Shown piece by piece: positions 13,041 to 26,299 of a DNA stretch of 64,000 nucleotides (its first letter is position 1; each line of letters begins with the position of its first letter). The notes below the pieces were generated by a model that had not been told where the DNA came from, made no database searches, and worked only from the letters and a program-made list of their open reading frames with translations. A program made the position numbers and the translations under genes. This DNA is from Squalus acanthias (taxonomy: Eukaryota): contig CM059432.1 of assembly GCA_030390025.1 (NCBI GenBank), forward strand, positions 33,792,001 through 33,856,000, written 5' to 3'.

Positions 13041-14295
13041 ATAACTAGCAGAGTAGATAAAGGGGAACCAGTGGATGTAGTATATTTGGATTTTCATAAG
13101 GCGCTCACGAAAGGTTGTTGCACAAGATAAGGGCTCATGGAGTTGGGGGTAATATATTAGCATGGATAGACAAAAAACAGAGGGTAGGAATAAACTAGTC
13201 ACTTTCAGGTTGGCAGGCAGGGGCATCAAAGAAAGAAAATTCTCGTGGATCAATAGCTCAAGAGGTTGGGTGGTTGATACTCGGCCATTTTTGAGCACTT
13301 ATGTTGCCTTTCAGTGGAATAATCTTACTTTACTTGGTTGGTTGAAATTCATCACTGTTCATCAAGGCTACACTAAAGTGAGGTGAGGTGCCCCCCCTCA
13401 GAGAGAAGGAAGAAAGGGCAAAGAGGGAAACCTGACTTTATATCATGATGTGCTGAGCAATGCTCAACTGCAGCAGGATTTTAGGATTCTAAGGGAACTA
13501 GATAATGCAGATCATGACGAGCTATTTTACCATGTCCAGAACAGTAGAACAAGAGGACACGGCCTGTGCTTGAAGGGGGGCAAATTCAAAATTAATTTTT
13601 GGAAACATTATTTCAGTGAGCAAGTGGTCAATCTGTGGAACAGGCTCCCTAGGGAGATGATGGAAGCCTGTCATTTTGATCCATTCAAATGCAAAACTTG
13701 ATAGATTTTATTCAGCAAATAACATTTGCGATACAGTATATGAACAATTTGAGACATGACATGTGGTAAGTGTAGCGAGCTTGGGAGGACTTAGAAGCTT
13801 TGGCTCCCAAAGCTCTCCACCACTGGGGGTTTCCCTTGCCTCATGTCTGGGTCTGTTGTAGACTAATTGATAGAGGTTGATTGCTATGATTAGTCAACAA
13901 CTCCATTATCATTGTATCATGTGAATGTCAAGATGGTAGAAGGCCAACTAGATGGACCATGGTCTTTATTCATCTTCCCATTCCCATGTTCCAATGAAGA
14001 GATAGGAGCGCAATCTTTATAAATCATTAGAATCATCCGTACAGCATAGTAGGAGGCCATTCAGCCCATCGCGCCTGTGTTGGCTCTTTGATAGAGCTAT
14101 CCAATTAGTCACACTCTCCCTGCTCTTTGCCCATAGCCCTGCAAATTTTCCTTTTCATATGAATATATCCCATTTGTTTTTGAAAGTTACTATTGAACTT
14201 GCTGTCACCGTCCTTTCAGGCCGTGCATTCCAGATCGTAACATCTTGTAAAAAAAGTTCTCCTCATCTTCCCTCTGGTTCTTTTGCCAATTACCA
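13040..14295. mobile_element. Cluster of short CR1 fragments (13040-13220 +, 13480-13720 +, 14030-14295 -)
   Basis: DFHKA-like RT piece; SRTRGHG..VVNLWNRLP; inverted 3' UTR piece. Confidence 0.65.
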
Positions 14296-14967
14296 TTGAG
14301 TAACACTCTGGGAGATCAATTAGTACTGTTGAAAAAAAAACCTTTAAAAATGTCTGCTTCATAATAATACCTAAATACAGCAATCAACTGTTTAGAGTAA
14401 GAAATTTGGATCACTCTCAAAGTAAGTGCCCAATAAGGGTCCATTGTATATGGAGCTGGCAGTTGAATGAGACTATTTCGATATTAGCCACTCAAACCAC
14501 CCAGGGTATACTGCTCATGTCATAGCAACTGTCAAACCCATATGTATGAATAAAAACATTCTTATTTTATTGACTTCTTTGGGTCCCATACACTGGTCCC
14601 AATCTAAAAGAGAAAGCAGATGATGTCTGTGCTCTGCATTACACCATGCTTCTTCTATGGAGGCACAGTTCTGTACAGTAAATGTAAAATGAAGCTACGT
14701 TAAGAAGCTCCAGGCCTCGTATCCTGGGCTGTGCTAATCTCAGCCAGAGCAGTGTGTTGCTCACAGAATCGGACTTGGTCGTCAGCCCCACTCCCCTCCC
14801 AGGGTTCAATAGATTGCCTGACCTTACTGCCTAGGCTAACTTATGACGATTAGCCCATTGAATGAGATAGGGAGGGCATCCAATGTCCTATCAGAAATCA
14901 GTACCCTTCAGGCAACGAGAGAGAAAAAAAGCTGCGTTAACTAGTCTCTCAATGTGAAACAAATTAG

Positions 14968-15414
14968 CTGTGGCTCAGTCGGTAGCACTCTCGCCTCTGA
15001 GCCAGGAGGTTGTGGGTTCAAGTCCCAATCCAGAGACTTGAGCACAAAATCTAGGCTGACACTTTGTACAGTGCAGTACTGAGGGAGTGCTGCACTGTCG
15101 GAGGTGCCGTCTTTGAAATGATACATTAAACCAAGTTCTCGTCTGCCCTCTCAGGTGGACATAAAAGATTTCATGGCACTATTTTGAAGAAGAGCAGGGA
15201 AGTTCGCCCCGGTATCCTGGCCAATATTTATCCCTCAACTAACATCACTGAATCAGATGATCTGGTCATTATCTCATTACTGTTTGTGGGATCTGGCTGG
15301 GTTCAAAATGGCTGGGGCGTTTCCTACATTGCGCTTCAAAAGTACTTCATTATCTGTAAAGTGGTTTGGGACGTCCTAAGGTCATGAAAGGCACTAGAAA
15401 ATGCAAGTCTTTCT
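14968..15414 (+). mobile_element. tRNA-derived SINE (Deu/SacSINE1-like)
   Basis: Pol III A box TGGCTCAGTCGG and B box GGTTCAAGTCC; body shared with copies at 23165-23600, 28290-28562 and 60780-61140; ends aatgcaagtctttct. Confidence 0.85.
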
Positions 15415-18400
15415 GTCAACCCTGGAGAAAGACAGCCTTATGTTATGTAAGCAATGTATGAGTTCAATGATTATAGCAGCAAATACAGGTAACACGGCAT
15501 GCAATACATTGCTGTCCAGCCAGTAGACTAGGATAGTCAGCGCCATGACTACCAATGATGCTGCTTTATGATTGGGCAGTGGGAGTTGTGATCCAAACAG
15601 GGCTAGACAGATGATGTCAGTTTCCTCGCCACTCCTTCTTCCTCTCTTTTCTCTCCTCAGGGGATGGAATGCCTGACTTCAGTTCAGCCTTCCAAATAGT
15701 GGCCCTGTTGAAAATTGACGAATTTCAGCCAACCAAGCCAGACAAGCATGCTCCAGTGACAAGCTCCAACTTGAGTGCTCAAACACAGCAGTCTTCTGCC
15801 TGGTAGACATCAACCCAACTGTTTGAGCTATTGGATCCACATGAATTTCCATCTCTGCTGTCCTGATAACATGTCTCTCTGCACCCACCCCCCCACCGCC
15901 ATTCCCTCCCCCACCCGCACCCCCCCCCCCCTGATCTCAGACTATCCTGCCCTGCTGCACTAGTTTGACATTTCCAATTCCCACACTCTCTATCCTTATG
16001 ACCTCTCTGAGTAATATTGCTGAGTAAAAGCCAAATAATGTCAGATTTAGGGCAGCCATGTGCTGTGGAATCATCTCCTTCGGGACCTGGAATGAGACTA
16101 TACAGGCTTACAGTATTTCAGTTAAGGTTTTTGACAGCCGTCAGAAAAAGAGAGAGAGAAAGAGAGACCTGCATTTCAACTGTTTGGTCTGGATTCAAGC
16201 CCTGAGCTGAGAGGTGAAAAGACGAAGATTTAACATATTGTGCCACCCAGTTCCATATGTTCCTTAGTCTCTGGGTTTTCTTCCTGCTATGTAACTGTAG
16301 GCAAGACTCATTACCATGGCCTACTGCCAAGCCGGAACATCTGGCGAATCAAGTAGCGTATGGGCCAAGCAGGTGGTAATCCAATGTCAGTTTGAATTGG
16401 CTTAAGTCATTTTTTGTTTGGTGTCGTGTCAAAAACACTGGAGGAGCTGGCGGTGAGAGCTTCCAAGCAGCTGCAAGTAAGTGAATCGACACGGAGTTCT
16501 GTGCGAGCTCTCGGTGTCTTGAAGGCTGGGCCGATGGGAGGTTCTAACACCCTGTCCCGTCAACAAAGGGGGCCTTGGAAGGCTTCAGGGGAAGGGGCTC
16601 GCACGGAAAGTGCACGATATGCTTCAGCCTGCGGTTCCAAACAGCCCAGCACTTCCCATGTGCTTTTCATTGCACGTCAGGCGGATTCGCACTCAGACTC
16701 GACTACTGTCAAGTTTAGGAGGGGTCTGTTTGTTTCTCTTCTCCGCTCCTCTTGGTCATTTCTTTTTTCTCTCTCACACTATATATATATTGTAAAAGAG
16801 CCAGGCCAGTATGTGTAGCATATTAAAAACAGAAATCAAACATTTACTGTTCTACATTCCTTAAAGAGGGACAGAAAACACTTCATGCTACACATTGCTG
16901 TTACTTTCAACAAAAAGGTTAGTGATTCATGCAACAGGAGAGAGTCAGCAATCCTCCAGGTATCTGCTTGAGGAATTTGTAATATTTTTTTTTCTCTCTC
17001 CAGTTTTGCAGGCTGCGTTTTCTTTTCTCGGCTTTTTGTTTACCTCCTGGCAGCGTGCGAGGAATGGAGCAAGATGGGAGGGGTAAGGGAGGGAGAAAAA
17101 GAGATGAAGTGAAGCCTAAATAGCTGACAGAAATAATACACGAAGCAACTGGCGATGGGATGCCATTGTTCAAGCATATCATCTCATTTCCCTTCTCACT
17201 TCTGGCCTAAACGAAAGTGGAGAAAGACTTTTGGACTTCTTTCTACCATTCTCAAGTTTGAAAGGATGGCATATGTCCAGCCGGTGTCATCACCTGGAAC
17301 TCTGTCCCGTCTATGCGGAAGTTACAATCTATCATTTGCTGATCCAGGCTCGAAGCGTGCATGAAGGGCTGTGGGACATCTGGAAGTTGCCAGCTGGTGT
17401 CATTTCACCAACAATTGGTCTTTCTCTCACATTCCCTTTGCAGTTTTCTCCCCTGCCCTCCTGAAGGCAATGAATCATTCTGAGGCACAGTTCCAGGGGC
17501 ATCAGCAGTCCCCCTCGGTGTCTTGCCCAGGTGGCTGTTCTTTGCGTGTGTAAGCCGAGACACCGAACGTTTTCTGGCTACTCAACTACAGGAGGCAACA
17601 CAGACGAACCCGCCCCCCGTCCTCACCGGAGCACGCAACCACACTTTTAAATAGGAGGTCACTGGATGCAGTTCAAGAACAAGAAACCTTGCTGATTTTA
17701 TTTTCCCTTTCTCCAGCCCAGGGCGTCGATGCCAACTGTAACACCTCCACTGTTGGTCCCACTGAGAGCAGCTAACTCAGCACAGACCAGCAATCAAACA
17801 TTGGACCTTCCTGGTCTTTTTGGCTCAGTGTTGCGCTGGGTAATGCATCACCCACTGACTCAGTGTGGGAACTTCCTTCCTCTTTTAATAGTTTTTTTGC
17901 AAATCCCATCACAGTATTCAGCTTCCCGCAAGAAAAACTAAAACGCATGTTAGCTTAAGGCAAAATGATGCCAGGTCCAACGACAGGGAGAGAAATCAGG
18001 AAGTCTGCTGGAGAGTTGGTGAGAGGGAGGCTCTCGTTGTAAAGACCTCCCCAAGGGCTGCCCACTCCAGCAGGATGAGAGCAGTTAACTCAATCAGCAC
18101 ACTTTAATCGTGTTAACAGCAGCAAAGCAAATTCATAAGCAGGGCCTTGAATGCTATGAACTGAAACTTCTACACCTTCTACACCAATGTGAACAGGTCA
18201 GTGGGTCACTGAATTAACAATCCTCCTTTTGTCAAATAAATTGAGGGGCTTTATCCCCATTCTACTCTCCCAATCGCTTTTACAGGTGGCAGAATGTTAT
18301 GCTGATGGATAATATCTTTCAGGCCAAAATACAAAGGGGTCGATTTTCGCTGAATACTTTAGGTGCTAAAGAGCTGGCCAAGATGGGGTCTTAAGCTGAA

Positions 18401-18652
18401 ACGCTGGTTTAGCCTGCATTTAGCGCAAGCCGCCATCTTGGTAAAGGAGTTGAAGGCAGCGCTAGGGACAGCCGCCCAGCGGCTTGTTAAACAGCTGAAT
18501 GTCACTTAAAGTGCCTGCTAATGGTTATTAAAGAGGGTGCACTGCATTTTGGTGGCTAGCGCTTCAACTAACGCCCTCTCCTAACAGCGGCCAGCTGTTT
18601 GGGAATAATCACGGCATTGATGTCGATTTCAAGCGCTACTTAAAGGTATATT

Positions 18653-18876
18653 GGCCATGATGCGGAGATGCCGGTGTTGGACTGGGGTGGACAAAAGTGA
18701 GAAGTCGCACAACACCAGGTTATAGTCCAACAGTTTTATTTGAAATCACAAGCTTTCGGAGCGCTGCTCCTTCGTCAGGTGAAGTCACTTCACCTGACGA
18801 AGGGGCAGCAGCTCCGAAAGCTTGTGATTTCAAATAAAACTGTTGGGCTATAACCTGGTGTTGTGCGACTTCTCAC
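18653..18876. mobile_element. Penelope-like retroelement terminal remnant forming a ~180-bp palindrome with hammerhead ribozyme motifs
   Basis: Inverted arms 18696-18785 and 18787-18877; CTGACGA..GAAA core on both strands; 12-bp direct repeat TAAAGGTATATT (18641-18652, 18877-18888). Confidence 0.85.
18790..18827 (+). ncRNA. Minimal type I hammerhead ribozyme motif
   Basis: Stem I TCAC/GTGA, CTGACGA, stem II GGGGC/GCTCC, GAAA, palindromic AAGCTT in place of stem III. Confidence 0.75.
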
Positions 18877-20542
18877 TAAAGGTATATTCACCACTTAAAA
18901 GGATACTCACCATTTCATGGTCATTGCTGCTGGAGGTGTGAAGCAGACCTCTGAAACACATCGGGAGACTTTCTGGGGCACTTTGTGAAGACTTCACTAA
19001 GACTCGAGCAACATTTATTCTGGAAATTCTCCGAGGACTTCACCTAAAAAGAGTAAGTGCTGTGCTACTCCATCTTATTGGACACCCTATAGAAGGCACC
19101 AGGAGAAAGGGAGGGCTTGGTCATGGGCATCTTGCTAGGGGTCCCCCTTGGTCTGGACGAGAATGGGAGGAGAACGTGAGGCCAAGCAAAGCAACACCAA
19201 CTGCTGCAGGAGAGAGGGACAGGAGGGAGAGGTGGTGTCCTTCCCCACCTCCGGGTACGGGACATCCCTCCTCCTCTGGACCTCCTCCATCAGGATCTCC
19301 AGTGCCCCATCCGAGAACCTGTGCGCCCTCTCCCTCGACTCCTGAGCTATCACCACTATCAACCACTTCTTTAAACGCCTCTCCCTGCCTTCTTCACCTC
19401 CAAAAATTAGTGCAAGGTGCTCATGGATTTTTTTTCTCACTAACATTGAGGCCACCTATTCAGCTGCCTCTGCTGCTCTGCCCCTTTTCCCTTGCCAACA
19501 AGCCACAACCCTCTCCAGGCTCCCCCTGTCCTAGCCCTGTTCCTGCGGCAGATATTCTGTCCAAGTTCAGGGTGGGACAAAGAAGTGCCCTCCCTCACAT
19601 TGGCGGCTGCATGCAAACGATGAGGTTAGGACAGGATGATGCCTCCCCCACCCCTGCCTCCCCCGCCCTAAATTCTGGGACTTCCACCTTCCCATCCATC
19701 CTTGAGAATTGCACCACTGTTTAAAAGTTGCACACTGACAAGATATCTTCGTCAGAGCGGAAATACTTCGTTAAAGGGACACTGCTCACTGAGATCGCTT
19801 GTGGAGACTGTTGGCTGTGGCTTGGGACTCACAGCAAAACAAAAATCACTGTTCTACTTTTCCCCTACATTCTGCATTGCCCTCAGAAAACATTCTATTA
19901 AAAAAATTATTGTCCTAAGATCTGAGGGCTACACAATGAGTTTCCCAAGGTGAATCCCACTTTACACGATCTACATACTAGAGGAAGATGCTGGAGGCTG
20001 TAAGGGAAGCCACATTAATCAGGCAGCACCAGGGGAGAGCAAGACCATCCCGGCAATAGCCATCTAGCAGGATATATAGACCCAAGCACATTTTCTAAGA
20101 CCTTGCCTAGGAGCTCTGTCTCAGGAGGTTGAGCTTCAGTCATGAAGCTTTGGAGGAGTGCCTTTCACTGCTATAGCCAGATCTGCAGCTAAGGTGCACA
20201 GCACAGACAGCTCTCACTGTGGCACAGAAAGTACCTGCAGCCCTCAAACTTTATACCACAGGCTCATTCCAGCAACCCACAGGGAACTTCCATCAGATCA
20301 GCCAATTTGCTGTGCACTCCTCTATAATGCATGTCACCAATGCCCGCTTTTCCAGAGTGGCTCAGTTTATACAATTTGACAGTGCTCCCACATAGATGGC
20401 TGAGATAGCCATCAAATTTTTTGGAATTGTTGGGTTTCCCATGGCTGTCAGGACTACTGATTGCACCCACCTGGCATTGTCTGCCCCAGATGTAAAGTCC
20501 CATATTATATGAACTTCAGTGGCTTCCATTCCCTAAATATGC

Positions 20543-22535
20543 AGCTAACCAGAGAAGTTAAAGATAGTATTAGATCAAGGGAAGAGGCTTATACTGTTGC
20601 CAAAAAGAGCAGTAAGCCTGAGGATTGGGAGGATTTTAGAATTCAGCAAAGGAGGACCAAGAAATTGATAAAGAAAGGGAAAATAGAATGAGAGTAAACT
20701 AGCGAGAGACATAAAAACAGACTGTAAAAGGTATTTAAAAAGGAAAAGATTAGTGAAAGTAAATGTGGGTCCCTTACAGGCTGAGACAGGAGAAATTACA
20801 ATGGGGAATAAGGAAATAGCAGAGAAATTAAACAAGTACTTTGTGTCTGTCTTCACGGAAGAAGACGCAAAAAACCTCCCGGAAATAGTGGAGAACCAAG
20901 GGTCTAGCAAGAATGAGGAACTGAAAGAAATTAGTATTAGTAAAAATATAGTACTGGAAAAATTAATGGGACTGAAAGCTGATAAACACTGTGGACCTGA
21001 TGGCCTACATCCTAGGGTTTTGAAAGAGGTGGCTATAGAGATAATGGATGCATTGGTTGTCATCTTCCAAAATTCCATTGATTCTAGAACGGTTCCTGCG
21101 GATTGGAAGGTAGCAAATGTAACCCCACTGTTTAAGAAAGGAGGGAGAGAGAAAACAGGGAACTACAGACCAGTTAACCTGACATTAGTAGTAGGGAAAA
21201 TGCTAGAATCTATTATTAAGGACGTGGTAACAGGGCACTTAGAAAATAATAATAAGATTGGGCAGAGTCAACACAGATTTATGAAAGGGAAATCATGTTT
21301 GACGAATCTGTTAGAGTTTTTTAAGGTCGTAACTAGCAGAATAGATAAGGGGGAACCAGTGGATGTGGTGTATTTGGATTTTCAGAAGGCATTTGATAAG
21401 GTGCCACACAAGAGGTTATTAAACAAAATTAGGGCTCATGGGATTGGGGGTAATATACTAGCATTAGTGAGGATTGGTTAACGGACAGAAAACAGAGAGT
21501 AGGAATAAATGGGTCATTTTCAGGTTGGCAGGCTGTAACTAGTGGAATACCGCAAGGATCAGTGCTTGGGCCTCAGCTATTCACAATCTATATCAATGAT
21601 TTGGATGAGGGGACCAAATGTAATATATCCAAGTCTGCTGATGATATAAAGCTAGGTGGGAATGTAGGTTATGAGGAGGATGCAAAGAGGCTTCAAGGGG
21701 ATATAGACAGGCTAAGTGAGTGGACAAGAACATGACAAATGGAATATAATGTGGAGAAATGTGAAGTTATCCACTTTGATAGGAAAAATAGAAAAGCAGA
21801 GTATTTTTTAAATGTCAAGAGATTGGGAAATGTTGGTGTTCAGAGGGACCTGGGTGTCCTTGTACATGAATCACTGAAAGTTAACATGCAGGTACAGCAA
21901 GTCATTAAGAAAGCAAATGGTATGTTGGCCTTTATTACAAGAGGATTTGAGTATAAGAGTAAATACGTCTTACTGCAATTATATAGGGCCCTGGTGAGAC
22001 CACACCTGGAGTATTGTGTACAGTTTTGGTCTCCTTACCTAAGGAAGGATATACTTGCCATAGAGGGAGTACAATGAAGGTTCACCAGACTGATTCCTGG
22101 GATGGGGGGATTGTTCTATGAGGAGAGATTGAGTAGACTAGGCCTATATTCTCTAGAGTTTAGAAGAATGAGGTGATCTCACTGAAACATACAAAATTCT
22201 TACAGGGCTTGACAAGGTAGGTGCAGGGAGGATGTTTCCCCTGGCTGGGGAGTCTAGAACCAGGGGTCACAGTCTCAGAATAAGGGGTCGACCATTTAGG
22301 ACTGAGATGAGGAGAAATTTCTTCACTCAGAGAGTGGTGAATCTTTGGAATTCTCTACCCAGGAGGACTGTGGAGGCTCAATCATTGAATATATTCAACA
22401 CAGAGATTGATAGATTTTTGGATATTAAGGGTATCAAGGGATATGGGGATAGTGATCAGCCATGATCTTTTTGAATGGGGGAACAGGCTCGAGGGGCCAA
22501 ATGGCCTACTCCTGCTCCTATTGCTTATGTTCTTA
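20543..22535 (+). mobile_element. 5'-truncated CR1-like LINE (RT through 3' UTR)
   Basis: ORFs 20753-21481, 21739-22077, 22232-22465 carry the canonical CR1 RT motifs; 3' tail cctactcctgctcctatt..tatgttctt. Confidence 0.93.
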
Positions 22536-22639
22536 ATTACGATGACAGGCATAGCTTCCTGCACATGAATTCACAACATGCTGAGAGCAGTTATAATGCT
22601 TTTATACTCTGTCAGTCTAGCGTCTCAGCTCTATTTCAA

Positions 22640-23049
22640 CAGCAGGGCTAAGAGCCAGGATGGCAACTGGGTGAAAAAGAACACCACTACTCCCATGGTT
22701 TATGAAGCCTCTTCATAGGACCTCAAGTGCTCCAAGAGATGCTACAATGAAGACAAGGATAAGAAGTTGGCAAGCCATTGGGATACTCTAAGGAAGGTAC
22801 AACTGTCTCGATGTCCAGGATACCTTGCAGTATGCACCCTTGCTAATTATAACAGCATGTTGTGTGCTTCCTAATTTTGCAATCAGGATAGGATTGATGG
22901 TAGATGTCCCCGAGGCTGCCAGTGAGCCTGATGATGGTACTGCTGATGCTGTAGACCTGCTTCATGAAGAACAGGAAGCAGGTGTACTGGCAACAGCTGA
23001 AAGACAGCTGAGAGACAGACTCATTCAGCACACATTCACAGATGCATAG
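22640..23049 (+). pseudogene. Old Harbinger (HARBI1-like) transposase C-terminal fragment
   Basis: LQYAP..IITACCVLPNFAI..RQLRDRLIQHTF aligns with LQYSPEQVSKFVVVCCMLHNMAI..RQRLIASRF of the intact transposase. Confidence 0.7.
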
Positions 23050-23164
23050 AGCAATATTTTTTGTACGTCTCAGCCCATCAAAGATCTACTTCCTCTCACC
23101 AAACTACCTATGTTTTGTCAACTCCTTGCTCCTCACTGCGAGCCATCACATCCTAATCAGCCAT

Positions 23165-23600
23165 GTCAGCCATGACTCATCTCACCTCTTGAGTCAGGAA
23201 GTGGTGGGTTCAAGTCCACCTCCAGAGCCTTGAGCACATAATCCAGGCTGACATTTCAGTGCAGTGCTGAGGGAGTGCTGCACTGTCAGAGGTGCCGTCT
23301 TTCGGATGAGACGTTAAACCGAGGCCCCATCTGCCCTCTCAGATGGATGTAAAGATCCCATGGCACTATTTCGAAGAAGAGCAGGGGAGTTCTCCGTGTG
23401 TCCTGGCCTACATCCCTCAACCAACACCTAAAACAGATGATCTGGTCATTTATTTCATTGCTGTTTGTGGGAGCTTGCTGAGCACAAATTGGCTGCCTTA
23501 CATCACAACAGTGACGACACTTCAAAAAAGTACTTGTCTGTGAAGCACTTTGGGATGTCCTGATGTCATGAAAGGCTCTATATAAATGCAAGTTCTTTCT
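23165..23600 (+). mobile_element. tRNA-derived SINE (Deu/SacSINE1-like)
   Basis: Homologous to 14968-15414; B box GGTTCAAGTCC; tail tataaatgcaagttctttcttt. Confidence 0.85.
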
Positions 23601-23720
23601 TTAAAACCTGAGCCTCAATATTAGCACATTACCTGTTTCCCACTGTCCTTCAAGACAACCAAATGGAAAGCAGTACTTACACCAAGTATTCCAATAATTT
23701 ATTGTAACAACATGCAATTT

Positions 23721-23819
23721 GTTCTGACGAAAGGTCACCGACTTGAAACGTTAACTCTGTTTCTCTCTCCACAGATGCTGCCAAACCTGCTGAGTATTTC
23801 CAGCATTTTGCTTTTATTA
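23721..23819 (+). mobile_element. Short Penelope-type non-autonomous element beginning with a minimal hammerhead motif
   Basis: GTT-CTGACGA-A-AGGTC/GACTT-GAAA-CG-TT-AAC at 23721-23755; bracketed by direct repeat CAATTTGTTCTG (23715-23726, 23820-23831). Confidence 0.7.
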
Positions 23820-23964
23820 CAATTTGTTCTGTGTCACCGTGCACACCCCTTGTGACCACATGATTTCTTCTGTGCTCTGTTCTAACACTTCTTCGATAGG
23901 CCACCTGAGGGCCTGGTGTCTGAGATGTAGACAACTGACACAGAATATTATGAACCTCTGAGGA

Positions 23965-24660
23965 ATTTTTTTTATTCGTTCATGGGATCTGGGCATTGCT
24001 GGCAAGGCCAGCATTTATTGCCCATCCCTAGTTGCCCTTGAGAAGGTGGTGGTGAGCTGCCTTCTTGAACCGCTGCAGTCCATGTTGTCAAGGTACCAGA
24101 AGTAGGCCATTCGGCCCTTTCTATATTCTATGTTTCTATGTCCCACAGTGCTGTTAGGGAGGGAGTTCCAGGATTTTGACCCAGCGACGATGAAGGAACA
24201 GCGATATACTTCCAAGTCCGGATGGTGTGAGGGGAACTTGGAGGTGGTGGTGTTCCCATGCGCCTGCTGCCCTTGTCCTTCTAGATGGTAGAGGTTGTGG
24301 GTTTGGGAGGTGCTATCGAAGAAGCCTTGGCAAGTTGCTGCAGTGCATCTTGTAGATGGTACACACTGCAGCCACGGTTCGCCTGGTGGAGGGAGTGAAT
24401 GTTTAAGGTGGCAGATTGGGTGCCAATCAAGCGTGCTGCTTTGTCCTGGATGATGTCGAGCTTTTTGAGTGTTGTTGGAGCTGCACTCATCCAGGCAAGT
24501 GGAGAGTATTCCATCACACTCCTTACTTGTGCCTTGTAGATGGTGGAAAGGCTTTGGGGAGTCAGGAGGTGAGACAGTCGCCACAGAATACCTAGCCTCT
24601 GACCTGCTCTTGTTGCCACAGTATTTATGTGGCTGGTTCAGTTAAGTTTTTGGTCAACCT
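23965..24660 (-). mobile_element. Non-LTR retrotransposon 3' end (CR1/L2-group, different family)
   Basis: ORF 24281-24619: LSTIYKAQVRSVMEYSPLAW..LDIIQDKAARLI; KSWNSLP; homologous shorter piece at 30200-30510. Confidence 0.85.
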
Positions 24661-24895
24661 CTGAGGATGAAGGTGGTCTTTCTTTAAGAGCTGCAAATCC
24701 TGGGCAGGATTGTTTGTAATAGGCTCTTCAGCATCCGGGTCCTGCCAAGGTGAAGGCTTCTATGGGGAGCTGATAGAATGCTCTTCTGTGCTGCTGCTAT
24801 GAGGGGACTCGGCCACTGAGGCTTCTCCCCGCTACTGGGGATGGGATTCTAGTTGCCAGTGATCAGTCAGGGAAAGAACCTCACAGAATCAGAAA

Positions 24896-25062
24896 GGGGG
24901 TGAATTTGACTTTGGGCGATTGTACAAAAGGGGTGAGATCGGATCAGTCTCTTCTGATTCTTATTTCCATTGACTTCAGTGTAGAATGGATATGAGTTGT
25001 ATAATGGGGGCTAATCTGATATCACCCATTCAACACTATTGGCCAAAGTCAAATTTACCCCC
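24896..25062. mobile_element. 167-bp hairpin MITE
   Basis: TIR GGGGGTGAATTTGACTTTGG / CCAAAGTCAAATTTACCCCC; flanked by AAA/AAA. Confidence 0.8.
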
Positions 25063-26299
25063 AAAGATCCTTAAAACCTTGGGAGAGAGTCAACCGGATA
25101 TCCTTCAGTCTCTCTGAGATGCTGCCCTGCTCCCCCCAGTATCTCTCTCCCCCCCACCTTCACCCCCACCTCCCCCTCCCCCCCCCCCCCACCACCCCCC
25201 AGGTTCCCTTACCTGTGGGTTCTCACTGGCCCACAAAGAAAAATAAAAGAAAAAATTTGAACTTACCTTACTGGCCTCTCTGGCCCTCGATCCAGTTCCC
25301 AGCATATTTGAAGAGGACAGTTTGGGTCGGGTGTCCTTGTTGCTGCAAGTTACAGGCAGTCAGATTGAGGCAGGAAAGGAATAGGTACTCCATTTTAACT
25401 GACCCGCCTACCCTGGTCTGGTTTCTGCCAGGCTTAGGGCATTAAAATTGGGCCTATTAAGTGAGAAAATGTAGACATTCCCATGAACCCACTGGAAGCA
25501 CAGTGACTCTAAGATGTCCATACCAAACTGGCAGGTCAGACTGGGAGCCAAACATTGCTTCGTCTTCTTGTGGTATCAAGTGTTGGATGTTGGCATGCCA
25601 TCCCCCAGAAGCCGAGCATTCCCTGACATTGTGCGCTGTCTTCTCTTGGAGGAGGAACCTATAGTGGTGATTGGCTGCTGTAGTCAGGATTCTTGGAATG
25701 GATGATAGAATTGGTAAGTGCCGGGGCAACACTGATAACCATTCTTGACTTCTTGAATGTATGTCCTCCACAGTCCACCTTTGTGCTACTGCTGTCTTCT
25801 GGGTCCATTCGTACGTGTTGTATGATAGTCATTGCATAACCTCCAATAGTTTCTTGGAGCAAGCAGATAATGCAAGGATAGGAACATATCTAGGCAACAG
25901 TGACCATAACATTTTTTAAATCTTGGTCTTGGAATGTGAGTGATGCTGGCAAGGCAGTACTTATTGCCTATCGCTAATTGCCTTAAGTACATTAGGAGGC
26001 AACCATGTAGTGTAGGACTGGAGCTACATATCGGCCAGTCCAGGGAGAGGTGGCAGGTTCCTTTCCCTGAAGGACATTAGTCAACCAGTTGGGTTCTTGC
26101 AAAAATTCAGTAGCTTCCATGGTCATTTCATCTGGTGCCAACCCAGAAATGATCAGATTTATTGAATTCAATGGCATCATTTGCAATAATGGGATTATGA
26201 CCTCGCAGCCTCTGGATTTCTAGCCCAGTACCAGAACCACAACAATACCATTCCCTCAAATTCAGTTAAGCTTGATATAAAAAGTGAAAAAGAAAGGGA

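Larger units (their letters stand above)
18336..19460. mobile_element. Degenerate Harbinger remnant including Myb/SANT-like gene fragment (minus strand)
   Basis: Harbinger-like end GGGGTCGATTTT at ~18336; ORF 19135-19455(-) contains RERAHRFSDGALEILMEEVQRRRDV, homologous to the N-terminus of the Myb-like protein at 42323. Confidence 0.65.

Noticed and set aside
14968..15040. Functional tRNA gene
   Set aside because: tRNA-like head of a SINE that continues into a repeat body found several times in the window.
19062..19724. 220-aa Pro/Ser-rich ORF
   Set aside because: Largely the antisense/alternative frame of a decayed Harbinger remnant.
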